Below, piece after piece: positions 40,911 through 54,518 of a stretch of 64,000 nt of DNA (position 1 is the first letter of the stretch; every line of letters begins with the position of its first letter). Origin of the DNA: Eledone cirrhosa. Its lineage: Eukaryota. The translations under genes were made by a program, and so were the position numbers. The stretch covers positions 87,854,001 to 87,918,000 of the forward strand of contig OZ024741.1 of the NCBI GenBank assembly GCA_964016885.1, given 5' to 3'. Below the pieces are notes generated by a model. That model ran no database searches. It worked only from the letters and a program-made list of their open reading frames with translations, and was not told the origin of the DNA.

Positions 40911-41965
40911 TATATTTCTTTATTAGCCACAGGGGCACAAAAGAAGGGGACAAATACAAAGGGGGAAGTTTACATACAATAAAAACGTGTAAAATGTTAT
41001 CACAGATGGAATTTAAAAGTTAGTCGATTTTCCCCAATAGAGGGAGACAGTTTATATGGGTAACACATACCCCCGAAAAAAAATGTGCAACCCTCATCTC
41101 AAGGAGTACGAAGAGCTTGTACTCCTTTCCTCTCCTCCTCCTTTTCCTCAACCTACAGGCTGATATAGAGAGAAGGCCCATTCACTCGGGCCATTCTCGC
41201 CACTTTCACCCACCTTTCATAAAACTTGCTGGGGTACAGCACCTCTCTCTCCATCCTGATTCTTCTTCCAAAGTGGTATTTGAAAAAAAGAATCAGTTGT
41301 TGGCCGGAGAGAAAGGTGTCTGACCTCAGCCCTTTCAACCTTTTTCCACCATACAACCTCTTTCGCCATAGCTATCACACAAAGGAAAACCGCCTCTCTT
41401 TCGTTTTTGAAGGAGGGTGGCGGTTTGATCATGACAATGGACTCGGTGGTCAACTGGATTGGTCCCACCCGCGACAATAGTCGTTCTACATAGCCCCACA
41501 GGTCAGTGACGCCCGGGCAGTGTATGAATGCGTGCGCGACGGTTTCTTCGTCTCGCACGCACCTCGGACAGATCTTTTTTGCAGGGTCCCTGCCCGGGCG
41601 CCCATGTCTGTAGAGCTTGTCTCGAACTGGTAGAGCTCCTCGGTAGCACTGCCAGTTGTCCATCGGTCCCGGGCGGAAGGTCCTACCGAACAGACTGGCC
41701 AGTTCATCTTCCTCTACGCCTAGAGTTTCACCGAGCGCGTCGTCGCACTTGCTGCGGACCAACCCTCTATAGAATGACGAAGTGGAGTCTCCACTGATCG
41801 CCGGGTCCGCCTGCCAGAGGGCTGTGAGCGCCTGAGCACATTCGATGTGCCAGTCGCCCATTTTCCTCGGTCTCTGCTTGACCCAGGACTGCAGCTCGGT
41901 CAGCGAGACGAGTCGTGGGAAGGCTCGCCTCACGAACGGGGCCCACACCGGTTGTCCGGTGAGGA

Positions 41966-42020
<55 letters not shown>

Positions 42021-43071
42021 TATTTCTTTATTAGCCACAGGGGCACAAAAGAAGGGGACAAATACAAAGGGGGAAGTTTACATACAATAAAAACGTGTAA
42101 AATGTTATCACAGATGGAATTTAAAAGTTAGTCGATTTTCCCCAATAGAGGGAGACAGTTTATATGGGTAACACATACCCCCGAAAAAAATGTGCAACCC
42201 TCATCTCCAGGAGTACGAAGAGCTTGTACTCCTTTCCTCTCCTCCTCCTTTTCCTCAATCTACAGGCTGATATAGAGAGAAGGCCCATTCACTCGGGCCA
42301 TTCTCGCCACTTTCACCCACCTTTCATAAAACTTGCTGGGGTACAGCACCTCTCTCTCCATCCTGATTCTTCTTCCAAAGTGGTATTTGAAAAAAAGAAT
42401 CAGTTGTTGGCCGGAGAGAAAGGTGTCTGACCTCAGCCCTTTCAACCTTGTCCACCATACAACCTCTTTCGCCATAGCTATCACACAAAGGAAAACCGCC
42501 TCTCCTTCGTTTTTGAAGGAGGGTGGCGGTTTGATCATGACAATGGACTCGGTGGTCAACTGGATTGGTCCCACCCGCGACAATAGTCGTTCTACATAGC
42601 CCCACAGGTCAGTGACGCCCGGGCAGTGTATGAATGCGTGCGCGACGGTTTCTTCGTCTCGCACGCACCTCGGACAGATCTTTTTTGCAGGGTCCCTGCC
42701 CGGGCGCCCATGTCTGTAGAGCTTGTCTCGAACTGGTAGAGCTCCTCGGTAGCACTGCCAGTTGTCCATCGGTCCCGGGCGGAAGGTCCTACCGAACAGA
42801 CTGGCCAGTTCATCTTCCTCTACGCCTAGAGTTTCACCGAGCGCGTCGTCGCACTTGCTGCGGACCAACCCTCTATAGAATGACGAAGTGGAGTCTCCAC
42901 TGATCGCCGGGTCCGCCTGCCAGAGGGCTGTGAGCGCCTGAGCACATTCGATGTGCCAGTCGCCCATTTTCCTCGGTCTCTGCTTGACCCAGGACTGCAG
43001 CTCGGTCAGCGAGACGAGTCGTGGGAAGGCTCGCCTCACGAACGGGGCCCACACCGGTTGTCCGGTGAGGA

Positions 43072-43130
<59 letters not shown>

Positions 43131-43515
43131 TATTTCTTTATTAGCCACAGGGGCACAAAAGAAGGGGACAAATACAAAGGGGGAAGTTTACATACAATAA
43201 AAACGTGTAAAATGTTATCACAGATGGAATTTAAAAGTTAGTCGATTTTCCCCAATAGAGGGAGACAGTTTATATGGGTAACACAGACCCCCGAAAAAAA
43301 TGTGCAACCCTCATCTCCAGGAGTACGAAGAGCTTGTACTCCTTTCCTCTCCTCCTCCTTTTCCTCAACCTACAGGCTGATATAGAGAGAAGGCCCATTC
43401 ACTCGGGCCATTCTCGCCACTTTCACCCACCTTTCATAAAACTTGCTGGGGTACAGCACCTCTCTCTCCATCCTGATTCTTCTTCCAAAGTGGTATTTGA
43501 AAAAAAGAATCAGTT
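40911..43515 (-). mobile_element. Tandem 2.4x repeat (period about 1.11 kb) of an L1/Tx1-clade LINE 3' end; units separated by (GATA)n
   Basis: ORF2 C-terminus with LPVRDKL..CPRC...EETVAHAFIHCP (zf-RVT/CCHC), then a 3' UTR, AATAAA and (TATC)n. Units 40911-41965, 42019-43071 and 43129-43515. Confidence 0.88.
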
Positions 43516-43617
43516 AGATAGATAGATAGATAGATAGACGTGTACCAAACAAACACACATTTCTTACTCTCTCTGTCCCTCCCTCTTTCTTTCTTCATTT
43601 ATATATATATATATATA

Positions 43618-43656
<39 letters not shown>

Positions 43657-43771
43657 ATTGTTGTTATTTGGCGTTGTTGAAAAGAGCAGTGGCCTTTGAC
43701 CTGGCAATTAAAAACTGTAGACAAAATTCTTTCTGTACTCAAACCAAGGCACACACACACACACACACACA

Positions 43772-43896
<125 letters not shown>

Positions 43897-44383
43897 CTGT
43901 GTGTTTGTGCGTTTGTGTGTTTGTGTGTTTGTGTGTGTCTGTGTATCTATCTATGTATATATATATAACGGATACAAATACTACTTTCACACTGTCTCCA
44001 AGCTTCTCAATTAACTCGTTGCTAAGTATTTTATTTTGCTACGAGGTATTTTATTTTGCAAGGTACTATTTTTCCCCTGAGTTTGTGATTTCAGAGAAAG
44101 GTAAGAAATTCTTCATATTTTACATCTTTTGTATTTTGACTTTACAGTTTGAATTGTAGAATTGTTTATCCACTCAAAATATTACAACAGCTAACAGTGA
44201 AATATAGAATTTAAAAAAAAAGCTTTTTCGACTGAAATCAAGTCTTTGAGAACATTCACATCTACTTTTCAAAAATATATAATTTGAAATAGTTTGCTTT
44301 TGTTTTGGACTGAAACTTTTTTTGTCTTTAATTCGTACGGGTATTTTTTAAAGATCTTTTTAAAGATTCTAACATAACTTGAT

Positions 44384-44854
44384 TTGGCCCATTACGTGCA
44401 CTGCGGCATTCATATTTCTCAACTTATTATAACTAAGTCCGTACAACAAGCTTCACTTATCAAAACTGTTCTAGATTACGTGAATGAATTGCGGAAACTA
44501 TATAGTACATCAGGAAAATTTAAGCAAGCGTATTTATCACAACATGATGAAGAAAATGAAGTATCGTCACCACGCTCCTTAACACCTGTGTGCCCTACTC
44601 GATGGCTAACACGACTTTCTGCAGTCAAAGCCCTTCTTGACAATTACTCAGATGTCCCTATTTCTTTACAAGAGGCAACAAATGAGTTTGGCACCAACAT
44701 TGCATCCAGAGCTAATGTTATTCTTACGTGTCACTCTCCGGGCCAATGTGTTCTTGGATTGCCCGTTGTAGTTCCATTACTTCAATTCCTTGAAGGATTG
44801 AAAAAATCTTTTCAAAGTACCACCTTCAATCTAGGTAGCATGTTGCTTCTTTGA
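44384..44854 (+). pseudogene. hAT transposase fragment (ZMYM1-like)
   Basis: HYVHCGIH (CxxH) and PVCPTRW motifs. Confidence 0.75.
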
Positions 44855-44879
44855 ACTGTTCGACTCTATCATTGAGTTT

Positions 44880-45585
44880 CTTCGAGGACGCAACACAGAA
44901 CTGTATAAAAAAAACTCGATGTGAGGCAAGACTGCGCCTACCTCGCCGATATCTTCAACAAATGCAATAGCATCATTATGGCTTTGCAGGAGGAGAAGAT
45001 CACCTTGTTTAAAGCAAGGAATACTGTGAAAATATTCCTGGCCAAATTGAAAATCATCGAAAGGAATCTTTGTCGACAGGAATTCTATAATTTTCCTAGT
45101 GTCGCCAATGTTTCAAACATTGTGAGCGATGACCAACTGCAAATTTATACCGCGCACCTCCGTGCACTACAAGACAATATGAGAGAACGGTTTGTCGACC
45201 TTTTGCAGATGGACATCCCAATGTGGATAGCAGATCCCTTCATAACTAACGTCGACGATTTCGACGTTAAATTTCAAGAAGAATTAATTGAACTTCAGAC
45301 AGATGACATTATCAAAATTAAATTTTCCAAAACCCCTTTTTTGGATGCAAGAGGAAATTCAGCGTCGATTTCCACTCCTACATGCAGAGGCTAAGAGATT
45401 TGCTTTGCCTTTTCCTAGCTCATACTTAGTCGAGAGGGGGTTTGGCGTTGTTTCCAAACTGCATAGTAAGGCTTGCAACCGCTACAATGTGATTGCACGT
45501 GGAGATCTCCGGCTACATCTTACGAAATCCAGCCTGACGTCAAAGAGTTAGCTAAACTCCATGAAGCTCAAGGGTCCCATTGATA
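44880..45585 (+). pseudogene. hAT/Charlie (SCAND3-like) transposase C-terminal fragment
   Basis: AYLADIFNK.N...LQ, RF.DL....IP.WI.DPF, LPFPSSYLVERGF, RGDLRL. Confidence 0.85.
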
Positions 45586-45769
45586 CGAGGTCAAAGTAAG
45601 TCGATTTTTTATTTCTAGTTGCAGTCTGACTGGACTGGAAACCATCTACCACAATTCACTTACTCATTTGTTGTATATATTTTACCGTTTACTAATAAAT
45701 ATACCCTCTTACGTGGTCATGAAAACCCTCTTCCGTGGTCTCTAAGTTCACAAAGCGGAGGCGACATCA

Positions 45770-46270
45770 AGTTAGATATCAACATTTATTCTGTCGGTTT
45801 CATTAAAGGGAAAATTGGAAAGCTTTGAAATAATACAATTGCCACTTTCTTCCATATAAGAGCACTCTATGGATAGAGTTGCTCTTGTATAAATGTTCAA
45901 AATAGCTGGTATCGTCTGGTGGGAATATAACAAATTCAACTGGTCCTTATTCATAAAAAAGAACATTTATGTTCCTTTTTTTTAAATTTATATACTTCCT
46001 TTCAAGGAATGTATTTATACTTTCAACTGCCTGCAATGGTATCTTTGGAATATCGTTAATCAATTTTTTAGTAATCTACTGATATCAAAATCAGTAGTAT
46101 ATTGAAAAATGGAAAAATGGGGTAGGGGGCGTTTCGTGATCTTGAGGGGCCGAAATGGGTTGAGAACCTTTGCTTTAGATTATAAATACATCTCTCTGCT
46201 GTCACCGTTGTTACGGGTATTGTAAGCATCATTCTCAATGCAGCTCGCGGATTCTGCATGACATCCTGTA
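45770..46270 (-). pseudogene. hAT dimerisation-domain fragment
   Basis: ALRMMLTIPVTTVTAERC. Confidence 0.55.
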
Positions 46271-47249
46271 ATTAATAGTTGTTAATTAATCTAACAGCTT
46301 TTACGAAGATTTTATATCTCTAGGTATTGTTTCTTTTGTTTTGTTTTTGTTTGTTTTTTTCTTTTTTGTTTGTTGTTGTTGATTTTTTGCTTTTGGGGGG
46401 GGGGGTTGCAAAATCTAATTTAGATCATGTTTTCAACCATTAATTCGAGATTTTCATAAAAATAACTTATTTGAAACGCTCAAAACTTTGCAATAAAAGA
46501 AATTCATATTAGTGCCCTCTCAGTAAACACGTCGCCTTCTATGAGAATGTTCACCGTTGTTAATGTCCTTATACATTGTTTGAAAACCTGCATTATTTAT
46601 TAATAGAATTTAACTCGTTCATAGCCATGTGATCAACTTCTACTGTTGATAATTCCTTCGGCCAGAGTGCTGCATCTTACCTGCTGACATTTCTTTGGGG
46701 TTGATTTTTAAATTTACTTTAAAAATTTTCAGAATTCTCTACAATAGCATTGATACCCAAGTCCTAATCAACATTGCAAATGTAATCATGATACTTTAAT
46801 TCATGTGAATAGATGTACTTTACAAATATTAAACGACAAAGTTTGATAGACGTAGATGGATTTTATTGGAGATATAAACGTAGTTTATATATTGATCTGT
46901 TGCAGGCTGTCACCATTTCCAAAGTGAGATATTGGTAACCCTTTTGATATCAACCCGTCGAAAACCGGTCCTGGTTCTGGGTTCATATTCAAATCAAAAT
47001 CTTCAAATATGATTTTAAATGAGAACCATATGTTAAGTTACTTATCTCACTAATAAAATAATAACTTTACTAATGCACTGAAACAGAATAGCATCTTAAC
47101 AAGCATCATCTGATACTTCAGTAAAACGATCCATCAACGATGACAAAAACTTCGTTGTCAGCGATCCAGCTGCCCAGCTGCCCTAAACGCTCAAATACCA
47201 CAAGGTGAAAAATGATTTACCAAACATTCACACTATTTCATTAGGGGGG

Positions 47250-47430
47250 ATTGGCAGTATCGGTAGAAGGTCGGATGCCATGCTTTGACGCATAGAGTTA
47301 CGGCCCTTGCCATTCTGAGTTCAAATCCCGCCGAGGTTAACTTTGCCTTTCATCCTTACGGGGTCGATAAAATAAAGTACCAGTAATGTACTGGGGTATT
47401 TGCTGGCCTTGTGTCAAAAGTAGAAACAAC
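47250..47430 (+). mobile_element. tRNA-derived SINE
   Basis: TGGCAGTATCGGTAG (A-box-like)..GAGTTCAAATCCC (B-box)..GCCTTTCATCCTTACGGGGTCGATAAAATAAAGTACCAGT. Confidence 0.85.
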
Positions 47431-48429
47431 TACTTCATTAGTTTATTCTCCACCTCCAGCATAGCAACTAGGATGTGAGTAGGAGCGAAAGAGTCACTAG
47501 CATATAAGGCACCTACCCCTACCCCATGATAAAATGGTAAGACGCTTCCCATCAAATTTTTGTTTACCAACAACTTATATTGAAAAAGTTGTTTTTCAAT
47601 AATTTGTGTTGAAAAAGTAACAATATGCCTTATATGTGCTTCATATTTCAAAATAGCTTTCATAAAATGAAAGTATTTATTAATAATATATTTCTTAGTG
47701 TTATGTTAATAACATTTGTTTGTTTTGTTTGTTTCTTTGTCTCGCTTTGATCATATATTTTTCTGCATTGTATTTGTGAGTTTTCTAGCAATTTGATTTA
47801 GTATATGCGCTTATATTTTCATTCTTTAAGAATTATAAACAATTCATAATGTTATTTATACAACTGTGAATACAATTCTAACCATAAAAATTAAATTCAA
47901 AGCAGATAGCAAACTAACTGCCGGATAAATATTTGAGAGCTTTTTTAAGAGCTATTTTGAAGAAATCTGTACATTTCTTGTATGATTTTCTTTTAACAAC
48001 AGGCTGCCTTTTTTAAACACAGAGAAAGATCGAAAAAAGGTCAGAAAAGAGAAAGAGAAAAATAGATGAGAGACACGGAAGAGACAAGAGCGGAAGGGAG
48101 AGAGAGGGAGAGAGAGAGAGAGAGAGGGAGAGAGAGGGAGAGAGAGGGAGAGAGAGAGAGAGAGAGTGAGAGATGACCCCAGGTCATACATTCACAAAGA
48201 TAAGATACCTGCTGATTTTATTGTCTGGTACGAGTGTATATGTACATACATCTACACAAGCGCGCACACGCACACACATGCGCGCACATACATTTAGATA
48301 TATATCATGAGTGAAGGGACTATGTATTCAAGGCACTGCATGCCTTTTTTTTTCCAAGATAAATAATAATTTTTGTGTCATAGAATTAATTATTGATAAT
48401 TTTCACTATCCTTATTGAACTTGGGATAG

Positions 48430-48460
<31 letters not shown>

Positions 48461-48549
48461 TGTGTGTTTTTTTTTTGCTTTTTTTTTTGTAGTTCACGTT
48501 CCTTCATTTCTTCGGATAATTTGTAAACAAGCGATATTATTTAGAAAGG

Positions 48550-48745
48550 GCAGTGAATTGACAGTATCGGTAGAGCGTCAGACACCGTGCTTTACAGTAT
48601 AGAGTTATGGCCCTTTACGTTCTGAGATCAAATCCCGCCCGCCAAGGTTAACTTTGCTTTTCATCCTTACAGGGTCAATAAAATAGAATACCAGTAATTC
48701 ACTGGGATAATTGCTGGCCTTGTGCCAAAAGTAGAAACAATTAAT
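48550..48745 (+). mobile_element. tRNA-derived SINE
   Basis: Same family motifs as 47250-47430. Confidence 0.8.
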
Positions 48746-49489
48746 TAGAAAGTGTAAGCAGAGAAAAATATTCGTTGCTTAACGAGAAGTGAATAAAAAG
48801 CATTGAACTAATTGCTTCGCCTTTCTACCTTTGAGCAAAGGAGTGAGAGGTAAGAGATAGGTATTCAAGGGTAATTTTTATATTGCTCGCCTTCCATAAG
48901 AAAAAGCAAATTTCGTTAATATATTAATCTTTTTCCTATTGAGCAGGGGCAAGAGAAGTTAGTGAGAGGTAGTCAAAAAGAGAAAGTCAAAATCAGAATG
49001 TATTTTGCATGCCTCCAGTCGAAGCGAAGCGATATTTTTATTGTCCTGTGTGCGGCTGAGATCAAAGACTTGCATTTTCGGACAGATTTAGAATCATTGA
49101 TTATTCGGTATTGTAGAGTATATATGGAATGTTTAGTGACCTTAGTGTCACATCAAAAGTTCCCTTTTTACTGTTTTAAGACTTGGATTGAGTCATGTGA
49201 CCACTACCCAAAATTTTCTTCTTGACTATTTCATACTTGGGACGAAAAGGAGTAGCCAGCATAGTTCATTTTTGAAATTTTATTTTAAATATTTCAAATT
49301 ATTTTTTAAAAGGTTATATAAAAAAAAAAGTAAACTTGAATCTATTTTTTTTAATAATGTTCCGATTCATTTTTTTTTTTTTTTTTATAAATCCCAGTAA
49401 CATTTTCATGTTTTCATTCACCCACATGATGGCAAAAGAGTCAATTAGCTCAGTTTCCTCTCTACTTTCCTAATCTTTTGCAAAAAGAA

Positions 49490-50740
49490 ACTTTGGAGTG
49501 GAAAGAATATTATCATTCTCAAAAGAGAGAAACCGAAGCTTGAACTGAAAACAAAAACAAAAACCAAAGTGAGCAGCAAAGAATGTTATCCTTATTTTGA
49601 TTCTATCATGAACAGTATGAGTGAGTGTCGGGATGTCTCATTCTGAATAAATTGTTCTGTTTCCCATGTCTGTTATGTTGTCTACATAAAAACACATAGA
49701 CAACTACAGGCTACTACAATTTGAACAATTTGATTACAGCTTTAACAAGACACAAAAACTCTCAGAACCATCTGAATTGCGTAATTACTCTGAAAACCTT
49801 TGGCCAACAACGAATTGATACAATGATCGATCACTGGAAGCAGTTGAATAATAGATCAGTCGAGAAAAATCGTGATATACTGAAAAGGTTAATTCATTGT
49901 ATTGAAATTTTGGCCGGTCAAGAATTATCACTTCGAGGGCACGATGGAACAGAAGAATCAAGCAATAAGGGTAATTTTCTGGCTATATGTGAAGCAGTAG
50001 CGGAATACGATGATTGTTTAAGATCGTATTTAGATTTCGTAAAGAAAAATGCTAACTGCACATTTTCTGGACTTTCGAATGATATTAAAAACTAGATCGT
50101 TAAATGTATAACTGTTAAAATTGAAGGTGAAATTAAGGCAATGATCGAAAAAAGCATCATTTTTTGCTGTTATGTTTGATGAGACTACGGATTTTCGAGT
50201 GAAATCTCAATTGCCACGCGTTTTGTTGATGAGAAGGAAAAGACTCAAAAAATGTTTTGAGGATACATCGATAGAAGAGCTACAACGCTGACAGAAGTTA
50301 GGAAATTTGTTAATGAATTCAACTGTGGCCAAAAATTCGGCGCACAAACATGTGATGGAGCGAGCGGGATGGCTTGGCATTTGAACGGAGTGCAAACAAA
50401 AATAAAAGAGATCTTTTTATGCGAACGTCATATTTGTACATTGTTATGCGCATTCACTTTATTTGGTACTCCCTCAATTAGCTTCAAATATTCGTGAATA
50501 TTAATTTTCTTCCAAACTTTAAAAGGAATTTCAACTTTTCTCTCAAAGTCGACGGCTCGAATAGTACTGGATGAATTCGTAGGAAGGCAATTTCCAAAGT
50601 TACCTGAGACATGTTGGAATTATTCATCTCAACAAGTAATCATTTTATCCAATAAAATTACTGTTTTCTGAGCTATTTTCAACGGCATTAGAAAATCCAG
50701 AGGATTAGAATGTTTCAGAATTATCACAGGCAAGGGGATT
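49490..50740 (+). pseudogene. Decayed hAT transposase (ZMYM1/DUF4371-like)
   Basis: LFCFPCLL, RHKNSQNH, LAGQELSLRGHD..SSNKGNF, FDETTD, CDGASGM, FVHCYAH, TCWNY. Confidence 0.85.
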
Positions 50741-51299
50741 CCAGTAAGAGATCGTTTTCTTCATTGAAACAAGTAAATAATTATATGAGGTGTTCTCAAA
50801 GTGAAGAGAGATTGAGCAATTTGGTCCTCCTTTCTATGAATAAAGACTTTTTGAAGACCTTTTGAAGAAGATGAAGGTAGAGCTTGGTGCTGATACATGG
50901 AGAGGGGTCCGAGACGTGGAGTGTTGGTAAAAGTGCATTTTCTCACTTTAAAATTAGCTTATATCACATGCACAAATGGGGGAAGAGCCGCCGAATAATT
51001 TTCCAAGTGGAGAGTAAGGCTCCACAGCCCCGCTGCTATGGCGATTGAACTGCATTCCCTGCTCTCCATCATCCTTCGCCACTTATATATATATAAATAT
51101 ATATATATACATATACACAATCGTAAAAACACTAACACCAGTTTTTATGTAAATATAAATACACCCATACACATACATACAAAGATCCCATAACTCCTTG
51201 TGGAGTCGTAGAGACACCGCCATACGGTGTGTTTAGGGTACTTTTAAACCTGGTGGAGCCCAACTTTCTTCAGGTCTAAACACAACCGATTTTTTTCTA

Positions 51300-51445
51300 T
51301 AGTGGAAGAATCGACCCCAGTACTTGACTGGTGCTTTTTTTATCGACCTCGAAAGGATGAAAGGCAAAGTTGACCACGACGGGATTTGAACTCAGAGTGC
51401 CCATTCTATCCGACGTCTTAACAACTCTGCCAATTCGCCGCTTAT
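51300..51445 (-). mobile_element. tRNA-derived SINE
   Basis: TCGACCCCAGTACTTGACTGG..TATCGACCTCGAAAGGATGAAAGGCAAAG..GGGATTTGAACTCAGA. Confidence 0.8.
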
Positions 51446-51473
51446 ATATACAAATACACATAAATACGCCCTT

Positions 51474-51555
<82 letters not shown>

Positions 51556-51584
51556 ATTTTAAAATGGCTGACCACTCTTTATAT

Positions 51585-51862
51585 CAGTTATGGGCAACCT
51601 GCGGCCCGCGAAGCTTTCTGAATGGCTCGCCTAAGTCATCCAAGTGAAATCTTTCTGATTTTTTTACCCCAACTTTTCAGTCATAATCTATCTTTCTACC
51701 ATTTTTACGATCGAGGAAAACAACGTGTACGAATTTTGAAGAAACAAATCAAAACACCCCTTTTTTTTATGTGGGCACGAATGTAAATTAACGCTTGCGG
51801 CCCGCCTGACGATGAGCCATATCTCATGCGGCCCAATTCTCGAAAAAGGTTGCCCATGCCTG
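51585..51862. mobile_element. hAT-type MITE
   Basis: TIRs CAGTTATGGGCAACCT / AGGTTGCCCATGCCTG; perfect 8-bp target-site duplication CTTTATAT on both sides. Confidence 0.9.
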
Positions 51863-53030
51863 CTTTATATACTCGTCAATGATCTGGTGTCGCTAAAGTG
51901 GAAAATGTTGATAACAAAACTAACATCATATTCATTTTCAAAAGCAGTTCTGGTATGTCTAAAACATAAAATTAAATTATCAATGTTCCATCTCTTTTGG
52001 TAAAGGGCACCCTACTGGAAGCAAAGGATACCATTAGGAGCCTAGGACAACTCTACTTGCAAGGTGTGCCAGATTTATATTCGGGGACCCGGGGAAATGG
52101 CACTTTTTGCCCCCTATAAATCCAGCTCTGAACGCGCTGCTGGGAATTGAATTCTCAACTTTACGATCATAAGCCGAACACCCTAACCACTAAGCCATGC
52201 GTCTTCACATTTATTTTAATACTTTTGTTTTAATTATCTTTTTTCATTGACTCTTGTAGTGGTTTCAGTTATTGGGCGACAGTTATGCTAGAGCACCAGC
52301 ATCAGCAATTTAATCAAACATATCTACACTACTACTTGTTTTATACGAGAAGCAATTTATCGATTTTTATTTATCGAATGAATAAGTTACTTCTTGACAT
52401 AAAATAACGCATCTCGATACACTGGTTTACACAAACACGCCCCACTAGCCAACTAGGAAACTTCTACCTTGTCGCTTAACTTGCTAGAAATAGTAGCCAA
52501 TCTCCCACAAATCCCAACCTACCGTCTTATAAATGGTCATGTTGGATAATGCAGTCCTTGGTTTTCTTCACATAGAAAGATGAGATTGTTATGGCTGGAA
52601 CGCTTTTTACCATGGGTAAAACAACAAAACAGACACTCACCAACCTATACTATATGTGCGCGCTCTTTTCGTCTATCAAATTCTACTGGACAAATCGAGG
52701 TCACGGTAGAAAACACATCTACTGTGTCAACATTGCTACACATATATAAATAAGAAAAAGAATATATATATATATATATATATATATAACAATATATTTA
52801 GAAACACACAGATACATGCGGACACACACATATATACATGAATGTATCCGCACCCAACTGTGAGTTAAGGGTGCCAACTTCACCGATGTTGCTCAATGAA
52901 TGACCGGGACAGACCAATTCAGTTGAACTAGACTGAACCAGTATCAGAGTTAAAAATACATTATGAAGAGAGAAGAAACATTTAGATATAATTAGTAATA
53001 AAATGTATCATACCTAAACTGCTCCTAAAT

Positions 53031-53120
53031 TCCTCGACTACGTAGTTTCGTGGCATAAACAAAAACAATATATCATAAAGATATAGAGTCCCTGCGAGGT
53101 CTGCCGACTTATCAAGAGGA
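53031..53120 (-). ncRNA. Type I hammerhead with a compensatory U3-A8 core and long stem II
   Basis: Minus strand: TCCTC TTGATAA GT c GGCA..N~43..TGCC AC GAAA CTACGTAG TC GAGGA; GUC triplet. Confidence 0.85.
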
Positions 53121-53625
53121 TACCTCATTTTACTAGTCTCGAGGACGCGTCTACACGACGTGAGAAAGAATCCCAAAAGGCGGAGGGGGAGATAGTCACG
53201 CGATATAACGGTCGAGAAACAGAGCTAAGCCTCTTATAACCACGAAGAAAATACCACGGAGGCGGAGGGGGTATTCATATCGAGGCCGCAGAAGAGGTGG
53301 TGAAGAAGGCTAGAAGTATGAGTAATGGAAGCTTTCCAGTTGTCCCCACACTTCAAAGATTGCTCGACCAGAGGGAGTTATTAACAATATATTTAGAAAC
53401 ACACAGATACATGCGGACACACACATATATACATGAATGCATCCGCACCCAACTGTGAGTTAAGGGTGCCAACTTCACCGATGTTGCTCAATGAATGACC
53501 GGGACAGACCAATTCAGTTGAACTAGACTGAACCAGTATCAGAGTTAAAAATACATTATGAAGAGAGAAGAAACATTTAGATATAATTAGTAATAAAATG
53601 TATCATACCTAAACTGCTCCTAAAT

Positions 53626-53715
53626 TCCTCGACTACGTAGTTTCGTGGCATAAACAAAAACAATATATCATAAAGATATAGAGTCCCTGCGAGGTCTGCC
53701 GACTTATCAAGAGGA
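53626..53715 (-). ncRNA. Second copy of the U3-A8 hammerhead
   Basis: Identical motif 595 bp away. Confidence 0.85.
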
Positions 53716-53895
53716 TACCTCATTTTACTAGTCTCGAGAACGCGTCTACACGACGTGAGAAAGAATCCCAAAAGGCGGAGGGGGAGATAGTCACGCGATA
53801 TAACGGTCGAGAAACAGAGCTAAGCCTCTTATAACCACGAAGAAAATACCACGGAGGCGGAGGGGGTATTCATATCGAGGCCGTAAAATGAGGTA

Positions 53896-53985
53896 TCCTC
53901 TTGATAAGTCGGCAGACCTCGCAGGGACTCTATATCTTTATGATATATTGTTTTTGTTTATGCCACGAAACTACGTAGTCGAGGA
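53896..53985 (+). ncRNA. Third (inverted) copy of the U3-A8 hammerhead
   Basis: TCCTC TTGATAA GTCGGCA...TGCCAC GAAA CTACGTAG TC GAGGA read directly on the + strand. Confidence 0.85.
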
Positions 53986-54051
53986 ATTTGGGAGCAGTTT
54001 AGGTATGATACATTTTATTACTAATTATATCTAAATGTTTCTTCTCTCTTC

Positions 54052-54104
<53 letters not shown>

Positions 54105-54106
<2 letters not shown>

Positions 54107-54239
54107 GGAATAGAATGAAACGAAATTTCATTTCTCACTCTTAGTACGGCAGTTACTTAAATGTAAGTATGTATGTATGTATACGTACATACATATATGT
54201 ATACAGACGTACAGTAGTATGTATATATATACATACATG

Positions 54240-54334
<95 letters not shown>

Positions 54335-54518
54335 GTATCGGTTTACCGAATATTTATTATAATGCTCGGTTTGTTTGTAAACAAACAAACAGCCCGAATT
54401 ACGCCGTACAGTGTTTAGGCTACCACGTCACCTTTTTGTTCAACACTGACACAGGAACGATGTACTAGTTTCAAGCTTATTAGCTATCGTCAGGATCGTA
54501 TACCTTCCTGCCAGATGT
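54105..54518 (-). mobile_element. Diverged copy of the 19041-20945 retrozyme-like unit
   Basis: Shares GAAATTTCATTTCTCACTCTTAGTA...CAACACTGACACAGGAACGATGTACTAGTTTCAAGCTT. Confidence 0.85.
54458..54498 (-). ncRNA. Minimal type I hammerhead (CUGACGA core)
   Basis: Minus strand: CGATC CTGACGA T AGC taataa GCT T GAAA CTAG TA CATCG; C-C mismatch at the base of stem I. Confidence 0.75.

Larger units (their letters stand above)
52787..54056 (-). mobile_element. Non-coding retrozyme-like unit of 595 bp (1.8 tandem copies + inverted end) in (TA)n
   Basis: Direct repeat with offset 595 (52787 and 53382); inverted copy at 53883-54056; three hammerheads. Confidence 0.88.

Noticed and set aside
47250-47335. 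Possible tRNA genes at SINE heads (also near 8800 and 52140)
   Set aside because: A/B-box-like motifs are present, but there is no full cloverleaf and they run into SINE bodies.
50761-51085. Possible host exon (more GC-balanced sequence)
   Set aside because: No recognisable protein motif or supported splice structure; more likely a transposon end.
51806-51830. CTGACGA followed by a TGAG/CTCA hairpin
   Set aside because: No GAAA or stem III; it lies within a hAT MITE.
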